The position numbers and the translations under genes are program-made. A stretch of DNA of 64,000 bases. Origin: an uncultured Planctomycetota bacterium. Its GTDB lineage: Bacteria > Planctomycetota > Planctomycetia > Isosphaerales > Isosphaeraceae. Below the pieces are notes generated by a model. It saw only the letters and a list, made by a program, of their open reading frames with translations, was not told the DNA's origin and ran no database searches. How positions within the stretch are numbered: the stretch's first letter is position 1; each line of letters opens with the position of its first letter. The DNA is taken from positions 448,001 through 512,000 of the forward strand of contig CAWJTV010000011.1 in NCBI GenBank assembly GCA_963845755.1. Direction: 5' to 3'. Shown here piece by piece: positions 10,465-20,292 of the stretch.

Positions 10465-11766
10465 ATGAAACTTGCCCTGGTGACGCGCCGGTATCCGCCG
10501 CTGATCGGCGGCGCGGAGAAGGTCTTGAGCTACCTGGCCGCGGCGCTGGCGGCCGAAGGCGCCGAGGTGACGGTGCTTACGTCGCGGATGCCGGGGTCCG
10601 GTTTGGCGGAACGGGAGGAGGTGCCGCTCGAGACCGCACGAGGAGGGCGTCGGGTGGAAGGAACCTCGCGCGGCCGGTTGATCGTGGTGTGGCTGCCGAC
10701 CTCTCGGCTGCGATTCTGGGGGACATGGCTTTATATGCGGAACCTCCGCCATTGGTTCGAGCAGAACCCGGTCGACGTGGCGTATGTGTCGATGCTCAAG
10801 CACGATGCCTATGTCACGATCGGGGCGGGGCGGCGGCTGGGCTTCCCGGTCGTCCTCAGGCCCGAAGGCGCCGGCGCGACGGGCGACATCGCCTGGCAAT
10901 CCTGGGGCAACTTCGGCCGGAGGATCGGACGGCGGTGTCGCCAGGCGTCGGCGTTCGTGGCCATCTCGAAGGCCGTCGAGGATGAGCTGCGGGCGGCCTG
11001 GCTTGGCGGGACCTTGCGCGAATCGGCGATCGATCGGATGTGGCATCGCCCGCCGTCGCAACCGCGGATCGTGGCGTTGCCCAACGGGGTCCCGATCCCG
11101 GAACGGCCCTGGCAGCGGCGCCCCGACTGGCACGCGGCACCTCGGGCGGCCTTCGTCGGGCGGCTGGCACCCGAGAAGGGGCTGGATTCGCTGGTCGACG
11201 CGTGGCCCGCGGTCCGGTCCGTTCATCCCGGTGCCCGGCTGACCCTCTTCGGCGAAGGACCCGAGCGGCCCGCCCTCGAGGCCAGGATCGAGGCGCGTGG
11301 CTTGACACTCGGGCCGGATCAGGCCGTCGAGCTGCCCGGCACCGTCGCCGATGTGACCACCGCGCTCTGCGACGTCGACCTGTTCGTCTTCCCCTCGCGC
11401 GAGGAAGGTATGAGCATCGCGCTGCTCGAGGCCATGGCCCTCGGCGTGCCGATCGTCGCCTCGTCGATCCCCGGGAATCGCCGACTCGTCGCCGACTTCA
11501 AGCACGGCCGACTCGCTCCGCCCGACGATCCCGAAGGCCTGGCGCGCATCATCAATGAACAGTGGTCGGATTACGACCGAGCCGTCCACATGGGCCTCGC
11601 CGCGCGGAGCCGCGTCGAACAGGAGTTCTCGATCCGGATCGTCGCGCGCCGGCATCTGGAATTATTCCAGGAGCTAGTCGGTAGTAGGCAGAATAGCAAG
11701 GAAAGGACAGGTCTCACGCGGAGACGCGGAGACCGCGGAGAAGAGAAAACGGACCGATCCAATTGA
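10465..11766 (+). CDS. Glycosyltransferase family 4
   Basis: YPPLIGGAE, FVGRLAPEKG, PSREEGMSIALLEAMA. Confidence 0.92.
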   Translation: MKLALVTRRYPPLIGGAEKVLSYLAAALAAEGAEVTVLTSRMPGSGLAEREEVPLETARGGRRVEGTSRGRLIVVWLPTSRLRFWGTWLYMRNLRHWFEQNPVDVAYVSMLKHDAYVTIGAGRRLGFPVVLRPEGAGATGDIAWQSWGNFGRRIGRRCRQASAFVAISKAVEDELRAAWLGGTLRESAIDRMWHRPPSQPRIVALPNGVPIPERPWQRRPDWHAAPRAAFVGRLAPEKGLDSLVDAWPAVRSVHPGARLTLFGEGPERPALEARIEARGLTLGPDQAVELPGTVADVTTALCDVDLFVFPSREEGMSIALLEAMALGVPIVASSIPGNRRLVADFKHGRLAPPDDPEGLARIINEQWSDYDRAVHMGLAARSRVEQEFSIRIVARRHLELFQELVGSRQNSKERTGLTRRRGDRGEEKTDRSN

Positions 11767-11788
11767 TTCTCTCCGCGTCTCCGCGTGA
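11714..11788. repeat. REP-like palindrome (19-bp perfect inverted repeat)
   Basis: TCACGCGGAGACGCGGAGA (11714-11732) and TCTCCGCGTCTCCGCGTGA (11770-11788). Confidence 0.8.
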
Positions 11789-11816
11789 AATCTGTCTCCT
11801 GTTGTCTTGAAGGATC

Positions 11817-12939
11817 GTGATCGTGCTCAAGGTGCTGCAACTGATCCCGACGCTGGACCGTTCGGCGCCGAGAAGCAGATGGTGATGCTGGCCAAGGGGC
11901 TGCCGCGCGACCGGTTCCGGGTCGAGGTCGCGGCGCTGACGCGCTCGGGCCCCCTCGAGTCCGAGCTGAACGCCGCGGGGATTCCCGTCACGGTGATCGG
12001 CAAGCCGTTGAAGCTGGACCCGATCGCGCTGATCCGCCTGGCGCGGTTCCTCAAGTCAGGGGAATTCGACGTGGTCCAGAGCTGGATCTTCGCGGCGAAC
12101 GCGTATGGGCGGGTCGCGGCGCGACTGGCGGGGGTCCCGGTCGTGGTCGTGGCGGAGATGGCCGTGGACCTGTGGAAGGGGCGGTTCGATCGGCTCGTCG
12201 ACCGCCGGCTGGCGACGTGGTGCGATCGCCTGGTCGGCAACTCGCAGGCGGTCGTCGATTTCTATCGAGGGCTAGGAGTGCCCGGCGACCGGCTGGCGAT
12301 GATCTATTCGGGGATCGGCGACGAGGAGCCGCCGGCCGACGACCCGCGCACCGTCCGCTCCGAGCTGGGATTCGCACCCGAGGCGCCGATGGTCCTGTTC
12401 GCCGGCCGGCTGGCCGAGCAGAAGCGCGTGGACGACCTCCTGAAGGCGCTCGACCTGCTCCAGCACGTGCAGGCCGGCGTCTGTACGGTCATCGCCGGCG
12501 ACGGCCCGCTGCGGGGACGACTGGAAGCGACCGCACACGCCTATCAACTCGACGGCCGGGTCCGGTTCCTGGGCCATCGCGATGACGTCCCGCGGCTGAT
12601 GGCCGCCGCCGACATCCTCGTCTTGCCCAGCGCCTACGAGGGGCTGCCGAACGTGGTGCTCGAGGCGATGCGGTTCCGCAAGCCGGTCGTCGCCACTGCC
12701 GCGCCAGGGACCACCGAAGTCGTCGTCGACGGCGAGACCGGGATCCTGGTCCCCATCGGCGACGTGATCGTCCTGACCCGGGCGATCCGCGACCTGATCC
12801 GCGACCCCGCCCGGCGCGCCGCCTGGGCGAGGCCGGCCGAGCCCGTGCCGAGACCCACTTCGGCGCCGAGGCCATGGTCGCCCACTTCGCCGAGCTGTAC
12901 GAGCAGCTCGCGCGTTCGAAGGGGATCGGTGGAATGTAG
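11817..12939 (+). CDS. Glycosyltransferase family 4 (frameshifts near both ends)
   Basis: KVLQLIPTLD...GAEKQ, FAGRLAEQK, PSAYEGLPNVVLEAM; corrected C-terminus AMVAHFAELYEQL ends at TAG 12939. Confidence 0.88.
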
Positions 12940-13068
12940 AGCGCTTAACTTTTGCATAGCGCACGCCCTGAGGCGCTGCGAACTCACCCCCTTTTCGCAA
13001 GAGGGGTTCAGGGGGATTCTTCGGGAGCAGGCTTCGAGTGTCTGCCACCCAACTGTGGGGTGCTCTAG
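12937..13068. mobile_element. MITE-like non-autonomous element, copy 1
   Basis: TAGAGCGC...GTGCTCTAG termini; homologous in inverted orientation to 49376-49569. Confidence 0.6.
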
Positions 13069-13169
13069 CGTGGTTTCGGGGAATGGATTGCATGAATCGC
13101 GTTGGCAGCCGCACAGGTTGGCTTCAGAATTACTGAGTGGTTCGTGTCGATCATCCGGAGCCGAACCTG

Positions 13170-13403
13170 ATGGAATCCATTAAAGAGTTGGCCGATGACA
13201 TTTACCGGGAACGCGTGCTGCGCGCCCGGCGGACGCCAATCGAGCAAAAGATCTCGGCAGGTGGTGAATTGTTCGAGGGCGTTTGCGAGAGGATGGCCGC
13301 AGGATTGCGCGATGAGAATCCGGGAGCCGATGAGGCGATGATCCAGGAACTCCTTAGGCGCCGACTGGCCTTGGTTCGCCGCCTGGAGTATCCCTCGCGA
13401 TGA
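13170..13403 (+). CDS. Small helical protein, probable antitoxin partner of the downstream nucleotidyltransferase
   Basis: 77-aa ORF (RARRTPIEQK...GLRDENPGA...LRRRL); ATGA overlap with the next gene. Confidence 0.6.
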   Translation: MESIKELADDIYRERVLRARRTPIEQKISAGGELFEGVCERMAAGLRDENPGADEAMIQELLRRRLALVRRLEYPSR

Positions 13404-13727
13404 ACAACGAAGCGACAGTCGCCTTCGTCGAAGCACTCATCGCGTTCTTCCTCCTCAACGATGACCCTCACAATCAGGAACGGTTCCGTCGGCGTCGGCA
13501 GGCGACCCTGATGAATCGACAGGTCTGGAGACCGACGGTTGAGGACGTGATCATCACCAAGCTCCACTGGGCACTGCTGGGCAATCGATCCAAGGACCGA
13601 GATGACGTCCGCGACGTGATCGCCGTGCAGGGCGATCGGATCGACTGGGATTACGTCCACCGCTGGTGCGAGCAGCATGGCACCCGCGCTCCTGGACGAG
13701 TTCCGCGCCTCGATCCCGCCGATCTGA
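13400..13727 (+). pseudogene. Internally deleted nucleotidyltransferase-like (toxin-type) gene
   Basis: Retains C-terminal FRRR...EDVIITKL.W...KDRDD...IDWDYVHRW but jumps there from 13 N-terminal residues; no G-S/DxD catalytic segment. Confidence 0.55.
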
Positions 13728-15675
13728 GCCGGAGCGCGTCACGTCCGCGCCACCGTCTCGCCGGACGGGCTCGGCTTGGGTGCGAACGTGGCGGGGCGCG
13801 GAGCGATTCGATCAGCGAGGTATACGCGAGCGTCAACTGGCGGCGGCTGAGCAGGCCGATGAGGTGCGTCGGGTCCTTGGGATCGACGACGGGCAGCTCG
13901 TCGATATTCAGTTCGGTCATCCGCCGCAAGGCCGTGTGCAGGTTGTCCTCGGGCGTGACCGTGAGCACCGGGCGATGCGCCAGGTCGTCGGCCAGGACCA
14001 GGGGTCCCCAGTCGGAACCGACCAGGGCAATCCGCAGGTCGCGGAGCGTGAAGATCCCCGTGAGCCGCCCGTCGCGGTCGATCACGGGAAAGAGCGTCTC
14101 GGCCGACCGGGCCACCAGGTGGATCAGTTCGCGGAACGGCGTGGCGGCGGCGACCGTCTCGATGCCCTGGGTCCGGACGCCCACTTCGCCAACACTGAGC
14201 TGCTCCAGCACGTCGACCACGAAGTCGCCCTGGTGTGCCGGGCTGTCGATGGGGGTCGGCACCTGCTCCTCGTAGATCGTCCATCGTCGCGAGATCGCCA
14301 TGTTCAGCCCGCACGCCAGCATCAACGGGACGAGCAGGCTGTACGAGCCGGTCATCTCGCTGACCATGACGATCGAGGTCAACGGCGTCTTGGAGACCCC
14401 GGCGAAGAAGCCGCCCATGCCGACGAGCACGAACGCCGCCGGTTCGATGTGGGCATTGGGCATCCAGTAATCCAGGAACTGGCCACACGCCCCGCCCAGC
14501 ATGCCGCCGATCAGCATCGACGGGCCGAATACGCCGCCGCTGCCGCCGGAGCTGATCGTCAATCCGGTCGCCACGATCTTCAGGATCGCCAGGATCATCA
14601 GCAGCCTCATGCCCATCTGGGGGACAAAGGGCGTCTCGCCAGGCATGGACAGTTCGGGGGGCATGCCGATCGCGCCCCACTGGACCCACCCGTAGCCGCC
14701 GGTCATGACCTCGGGATACGCCAGGGCCAGCAGGCCCAGCAGCAATCCGCCCACCGCCGGCTTGATGTGCCGAGGGATCGGCATCGGCTTGAAGATCCAG
14801 TCGCGCATCCCGTAAAAGACGCGGACGTAGAGCCAGCCCACCGCCGCACACGCCAGCGTAAGGATGATGAACAGCGGCAGGTCGCGGAGACCGTGAAAGG
14901 TCATGTTGTCGGGCAGCAGGAAGATCGGCCGGGGCGTGATGAACAGCGCGAACGTGGAATAGGCAACGATCGAGCTGGCCAGGCAGGGCAAGAGGGCCGC
15001 CGATTCGAAGGCGGTGGAGGCATAAAGGACCTCGCCGGCGAACAGGGCACCTCCCAGCGGTGCCCGGAAGATGGCGCCCACGCCCCCGGCGGCGCCGGCG
15101 AGCATCAACAGCCGACGATCGGTCGGCGGCAGCTTCAAGAGCCCGCCGAGCATCGAGCCGAACCCGGCCCCGATCTGCGCGATGGGGCCCTCCTGTCCCG
15201 CCGAGCCGCCGGTGCCCATCGTGATGATCGAGGCGACCGACTTGATCCACGGCACCCGGGCACGGATCTTCCCGCCGCCCCGATGAAACGCCCGGATCAT
15301 GGCGTCGGTCCCATGGCCCTCCGCCTCGGGGGCCAGCGCGAAGACCAGCGCGCCCGAGATCAGCCCGCCCACCGTCGGTATCAGCACCACCAGCCACGCG
15401 GGATAGGGATAGGTGACCTCATGCGGCTCCTCCTCGACCGTTGACGGCCTCTGGAAATGGAGCAGTCCACCCAGGACCTCCTTGTAGGTGAACTGGAGGG
15501 CCAGCAGGAAGACCACGGCTCCCAGGCCCGCCACCAGGCCGACCACCGGACTGCAAATCGCGACCCGCCCGACCCTCGGCGCCGACCAGAGTGCCGCCAG
15601 CCGTTCGAACCCATCGCGAAGCCATCCGATCCCATTACCGGAACCCGCGGGAGGTGAATCCTTGGACTGCTGCAT
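13651..15675 (-). CDS. ClC family chloride channel/antiporter with C-terminal CBS pair
   Basis: GHGT, GGSAGQEGP, FRAPLGG, GGVFGP motifs; CBS domains (FPVIDRDGRLTGI, LPVVD); last ~30 codons uncertain. Confidence 0.92.
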   Translation of the reverse strand: MQQSKDSPPAGSGNGIGWLRDGFERLAALWSAPRVGRVAICSPVVGLVAGLGAVVFLLALQFTYKEVLGGLLHFQRPSTVEEEPHEVTYPYPAWLVVLIPTVGGLISGALVFALAPEAEGHGTDAMIRAFHRGGGKIRARVPWIKSVASIITMGTGGSAGQEGPIAQIGAGFGSMLGGLLKLPPTDRRLLMLAGAAGGVGAIFRAPLGGALFAGEVLYASTAFESAALLPCLASSIVAYSTFALFITPRPIFLLPDNMTFHGLRDLPLFIILTLACAAVGWLYVRVFYGMRDWIFKPMPIPRHIKPAVGGLLLGLLALAYPEVMTGGYGWVQWGAIGMPPELSMPGETPFVPQMGMRLLMILAILKIVATGLTISSGGSGGVFGPSMLIGGMLGGACGQFLDYWMPNAHIEPAAFVLVGMGGFFAGVSKTPLTSIVMVSEMTGSYSLLVPLMLACGLNMAISRRWTIYEEQVPTPIDSPAHQGDFVVDVLEQLSVGEVGVRTQGIETVAAATPFRELIHLVARSAETLFPVIDRDGRLTGIFTLRDLRIALVGSDWGPLVLADDLAHRPVLTVTPEDNLHTALRRMTELNIDELPVVDPKDPTHLIGLLSRRQLTLAYTSLIESLRAPPRSHPSRARPARRWRGRDALRLRSAGSRRGTRPGARVPCCSHQRWT

Positions 15676-16041
15676 CGTTAGGTGATCCTGGACGTGGCGG
15701 GAAAACGGGGCCTGGGCTCAGCGGGAGTGTCTCGGGTCCTCATCTGGCCGCCTGCCCGATCCGAACGGCCATCGACCCATTCCAGCCGATTGCCCCTCCA
15801 ACGTCCAGGACATTTCCACGGAGGTGCGGTTACAATACGGGGCGATCGCGAAGGGATCGGTCCGATTCTCAGCATCGAGATCGGCGATCGCGCCTCCCGA
15901 TTCAGGGCGCACCAGAAGCCACCGATTTCTCCGAAGGTAGACAAATCACCATAGCGTCGTCACGATGGTATTCGGCGAGCCCAGGGCGAACCCTCCTTTT
16001 CCCACGCTGGTGGATCGACTGACAGCCGGGAGAATCCCGCG

Positions 16042-16824
16042 ATGCCATCTCCTTTCCCCGAAATGAATCCCTACCTGGAACAGGAAGACGTCTGGCAGGA
16101 CTTTCACGAGCGGTTCATTCCCCTGGTGGCGACCCTCCTGGGAGGTCAGTTACGGCCACGGTACATCGTCAAGATCGACGAACACATCTACGTCCACGAG
16201 TTGGGGGAGGAGTCGCGTCGCTGGGTGGGTCGGGCCGACGTCTCCGTGGGAGTCGGTACTCCGGAGGCCGCGCACGAGCCGGTTCCCGGGGCTGCCACGG
16301 GGCTCCTCGAAGCCCCGGCGCGGGTCCGGCTCCCCGCTGTGGATCGCGAACGTATGAGCTATGTGGAGATCCGCGACCGTCGCGACCGGGAGCTGGTCAC
16401 GGTGATTGAATTGTTGAGTCCCTCGAACAAGTATATAGGACCCGATCGGGAGCAATACCTGGCCAAGCTCATGGAGATCCTCAACGGGCCGGCTCATCTG
16501 ATCGAGATCGACCTGCAGCGCGGAGGGCCTCCCTTGCCGGCAGCCGACCGGCCCGATTGCTCCTATTCGATCCTCGTCAGCCGGGTCGAGCGCCGCCCCC
16601 ACGCCGAGTTCTGGCCCGTCGCCCTCCGCGATCGATTGCCGGTGATCCCCGTCCCGGTCCGCGCTCCGGATCCCGACGCCCAACTTGATTTGCAAGCGGC
16701 CCTTGACCGCATCTACGACGACGCGGGCTATGCTGACTACATCTACGAGGGAAACCCACGCCCGCGCCTCGACGGCGACGACGCAGTCTGGACTCGACGG
16801 TTATTCCCACAGCCACCATCGTGA
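16042..16824 (+). CDS. DUF4058 family protein (PD-(D/E)XK-like)
   Basis: MPSPFP.MNPYLE...W.DFH, LVTVIELLSPSNK, HLIEIDL.RGG. Confidence 0.9.
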   Translation: MPSPFPEMNPYLEQEDVWQDFHERFIPLVATLLGGQLRPRYIVKIDEHIYVHELGEESRRWVGRADVSVGVGTPEAAHEPVPGAATGLLEAPARVRLPAVDRERMSYVEIRDRRDRELVTVIELLSPSNKYIGPDREQYLAKLMEILNGPAHLIEIDLQRGGPPLPAADRPDCSYSILVSRVERRPHAEFWPVALRDRLPVIPVPVRAPDPDAQLDLQAALDRIYDDAGYADYIYEGNPRPRLDGDDAVWTRRLFPQPPS

Positions 16825-16864
16825 AGGGGCTCGAGGCGCCCGTCTTGCTGCCGATCCCGGTGGC

Positions 16865-17887
16865 TCAGAACGCATCGCCCGACACGACCTCCCCGCCGGC
16901 GCGGGTGGAAAGCGCCCGCCACGTCGCGGGGTTCACGGTGTCCTTCACGAAGGCGGCGTGTCCGTCGCAGAAGAGCAGGTTCACTCCGCCGGGGTGGTAG
17001 CTCCGCGCGGCCTTCCAGCCGGGGTTGTGATAGACCGTGCAATCGGGCCGGTTGGCATTGGGCATGAGGTAGTGGTTATACAAGGTATTTTGATAATTGC
17101 CGTCCCACCAGCTCGACCCTTTGTTGAGCAGCCAGCCGTCGGGCGCCGCGGCGCAGGCGGCGTCGGAGAGCGGGGCCGCGGCCACGCGGGCCATGGCCCG
17201 GCTCCAGGGCAAGGGGATGGGCGTCGGCGCGGGCTGCGAGTAAGGCCCAGCGATCCCGAGCGACTGCTCGGAAGCCGCGGCCGTCGCGCTGGTGCCGTCG
17301 ATCACGCTGGCGACGGACAGGGACAGACCGAGGATGAACGTGCCGTCGGCATTGGTCGCGTCGCCGCCGTTGGAGCCGTCCCCGGTGCAGAAGGCGTAGT
17401 TGGTCGGACCGGTGCCGACGGCGGGTGGCGGCGCGCCGTCGCTCGGGCAGAGGAAGAACGAGATGTTGGTCGCCATCGCCGTCGTGTTGGCTGGGAAGTA
17501 GGGCCAGAACAACGCGCCGCTGCCTGTCGGTTGGTGGGCGATTGGGAAGTCGAAGTTGAGCGCGTTGAACACGCTGGCCTGCTCCATGCAGGGAGCCATC
17601 TGCGCCAGCACCGACCACCGATACTGCGAAGGGGATGAGTTCGCCAATACCCCATGATAGGCATAAAGGAACCCCACGGGGAACCCATTCCATGAGGCGT
17701 GGTAGTTGTGCAGGGCCAGGCCGAACTGCTTGAAGTTGTTGGTGCACTGAATCCGCCGCGCCGCCTCGCGCGCCGATTGCACCGCGGGGAGCAACAGCGC
17801 AATCAACACGCTGATGATCGCAATCACCACCAGGAGCTCGATCAACGTGAATCCGGTCCGCCGCTGATCTTCCGCACGAACGTCCAT
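16865..17887 (-). CDS. DUF1559 protein with prepilin-type N-terminal methylation motif
   Basis: GFTLIELLVVIAII...LLPAVQSAREAARR.QC.NN.KQ.GLALHNY; C-terminal S.HPGGVN.LFCDG (H-X9-DG). Confidence 0.95.
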   Translation of the reverse strand: MDVRAEDQRRTGFTLIELLVVIAIISVLIALLLPAVQSAREAARRIQCTNNFKQFGLALHNYHASWNGFPVGFLYAYHGVLANSSPSQYRWSVLAQMAPCMEQASVFNALNFDFPIAHQPTGSGALFWPYFPANTTAMATNISFFLCPSDGAPPPAVGTGPTNYAFCTGDGSNGGDATNADGTFILGLSLSVASVIDGTSATAAASEQSLGIAGPYSQPAPTPIPLPWSRAMARVAAAPLSDAACAAAPDGWLLNKGSSWWDGNYQNTLYNHYLMPNANRPDCTVYHNPGWKAARSYHPGGVNLLFCDGHAAFVKDTVNPATWRALSTRAGGEVVSGDAF

Positions 17888-18497
17888 CGGCCTTATCCTC
17901 CAGGCTCGGCGAAGTCACAAGGTCGCTTCGCTCCCGCTTTCCGTTCTCAGTGGATCCACCATTTATTAACTGAACACTGAACGCTATAACGAGATACGCG
18001 GACCGCTTCGGAATGGTATCTTACGTCTGATCCGTCCTCGCCTTCAAGCGGATCGGCTCCTGTTCGAACGTTTCAGTCGAAGTCGATGGTTCGGCGAACT
18101 CCGCTGCCGCCATGAGGATTCTTCAGAAAAGCTGGACCAAACGAACGCCCTGGCGGACTTCCTGGATCAAGAGCCGGCTGGCGCGAGGGCGGGAGCAACT
18201 GAGGGTGCGGTTGACCCGTCATGGCCTGGCGGTGCCCGCAGGCTTGCCGCCCGAGTCAGGTGTCCGCGAGGGGAGCCCGGCGCCCGTGGCGCTGTTCCGC
18301 GCAGGAAGCCGGTAAAATGAGCAGGACTGAAGTCGTGCCGAAGTAACCCAGCCCGGCGGATACTCGATCGATCTTGGGAAGGCATGAACTGGCAGGACCG
18401 CGGCGATGAGTGGATGATCATTGAGCATATGCAAACTGCCGAAGAAGAACGTCGGGAGGCCGCCCTCTCCGCCCAGCATCCGGGAGCATAGCCGATC

Positions 18498-19853
18498 ATG
18501 GCACGTCCACCTATCAACCCTGTCCAGGAGATCCGGGACATGATCGGCCAGGCTGTTCCGCTCCCTCCAGAAGCCGGAGCCCCGTTGACCCAGAGGACAG
18601 AGATCTCCCGGCGGCATTTCCTGCGATCCCTCGGCTTCATGCCCGCGGCCGCCCTGATGGCGGGCTACGATGCTCTGGCTGCACCGGAGCGCGGGAAGGC
18701 CAGGATCCGCGACATCCGGGTGATGGTGCTCCAGGGTCCGAGGACGTACACGCTGGTCAGAGTGGAGAGCGACGCCGGCCTTTACGGCATCGGCGAGGCT
18801 TACGGGAGTCCCGGCGTGGGGGTCAAGGAGCAGGTCCTCGCGCTCGGGCCGGAGTTGATCGGCAAGGATCCGCTGGGTATCGATGCCTTGATCACCGGCT
18901 TAGGGACGCGGATCGACGGCTCGGCGCACATGCTGCTGAGGGCAGTCAGCGGCGTCGAGATGGCCCTCTGGGATCTGGCGGGAAAGACCCTCGGCGTCCC
19001 GACGACCACACTGCTCGGCGGTAAGTTCCGCGACCGCGTGCGGATGTACGACCACTCGGCTCCGCGCGACATGATGGACCCCTCTTCGTGCCGGGAGTGG
19101 GCCGATCGCGTCAAGTCCGACCCGAGCGGCTTCACCGCCCACAAGTTCGGCTTCCCCCACACCGACCCGCGTCGGGACCCCGCTCGCGACCGATCCAACC
19201 GCGTGCTCACGACGACGGAGCTCATCCAGATCCGCCGGGGGTTCGAGAACTGCCGCGAGGCGATCGGCTGGGACCACGACATCATGGTCCATTGCCACTG
19301 GGAGTACGACCTGCGGACCTCGATCCAGCTCGCCGAGTCGATCGAGCCGATCAAGCCGCTCTGGCTGGAAGACCCCTTGCCCCCCGACTATACCGAAGGC
19401 TGGCGACGGCTCGCCGCCGCGTCGAAGGTCCCCATCTGCACGGGTGAGAACCTCGCCCGTAGGCAAGGATTCAAGGATTTCCTCATCAATCAGGGTTGTG
19501 ACATCTTGCACCCTGACCTGCGCAACACGGGCGGGTTCCTCGAGACCAAGCGGATCGCCGACCTCGCCGACGTCTTCGCCTTGCCCATGGCGACTCACAA
19601 CACGGGCAGCCTGATCCACACCATCGCGACGGCCCACTGGGCCAGCACCATTCGCGACTTCCTGGCCTCGGAGACCGTCGTCGGCCAAGGAGGCTGGATG
19701 GACGATGTCGTCATCCACGACGGACCGGTCATCAAGAAGGGCTTCATCGAACCCTCCGATCGGCCCGGGCTCGGCCTGGAACTGAACCCCGACGTCGTCA
19801 AGGCCCACCTGGCACCCGGCGAGTCTTACTGGCCCGTGGTCCGTGGTCAGTAG
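18498..19853 (+). CDS. Mandelate racemase/muconate lactonizing (enolase superfamily) enzyme with Tat-like signal; start uncertain
   Basis: SRRHFL twin-arginine motif; GIGEA, SGVEMALWDLAGK, WLEDP, PICTGE, PD, PGLGLE. Confidence 0.88.
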   Translation: MARPPINPVQEIRDMIGQAVPLPPEAGAPLTQRTEISRRHFLRSLGFMPAAALMAGYDALAAPERGKARIRDIRVMVLQGPRTYTLVRVESDAGLYGIGEAYGSPGVGVKEQVLALGPELIGKDPLGIDALITGLGTRIDGSAHMLLRAVSGVEMALWDLAGKTLGVPTTTLLGGKFRDRVRMYDHSAPRDMMDPSSCREWADRVKSDPSGFTAHKFGFPHTDPRRDPARDRSNRVLTTTELIQIRRGFENCREAIGWDHDIMVHCHWEYDLRTSIQLAESIEPIKPLWLEDPLPPDYTEGWRRLAAASKVPICTGENLARRQGFKDFLINQGCDILHPDLRNTGGFLETKRIADLADVFALPMATHNTGSLIHTIATAHWASTIRDFLASETVVGQGGWMDDVVIHDGPVIKKGFIEPSDRPGLGLELNPDVVKAHLAPGESYWPVVRGQ

Positions 19854-20292
19854 TCCATGGTTCGTGGTGAGGAGCGGCCGATCTCGATGGTGGTCGCGGC
19901 CGTATCGTGGAGGCCACCTCTGCACGATACCAGAGCGGCACTCTTGCCCTGAAACAAGATGGAAATCCGGATAATATGCATCGGAAAAGAACGATCACAA
20001 AATCAAATGAATCAGAAACGATGATTCCCGAGGATGCGATGGCGGATCTGGAGCGGGCGGTTGATAACCTCATGACGGTCGGCGTGACGAGGAGTTCTGG
20101 GCCGGTCCACCGGGATGAACAGTCCTTTGCCGTGCGCGGACCGCTTCATCTCCCGCTTCCTGACGCCCGCCAACCCTCGATCCTTGACTGCCCGAGCACT
20201 CGGAGTATGATGAGCCCTTGGCTGGGTCGGCCAGAGAGTCTTCGTCTCGATTTCTCATGAACTCGGGTTCCTTAACGCTCCGGGAGGCGCCT

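Noticed and set aside
16865..17887. DUF1559 / DUF4058 / Uma2 genes as a novel system
   Set aside because: These are large, dispersed paralogue families routine in planctomycetes, with no special linkage here.
19976..20090. Short ORF-like segment MIPEDAMADLERAVDNLM
   Set aside because: May be a remnant of a small antitoxin-like gene, but it is too short and degenerate to support.
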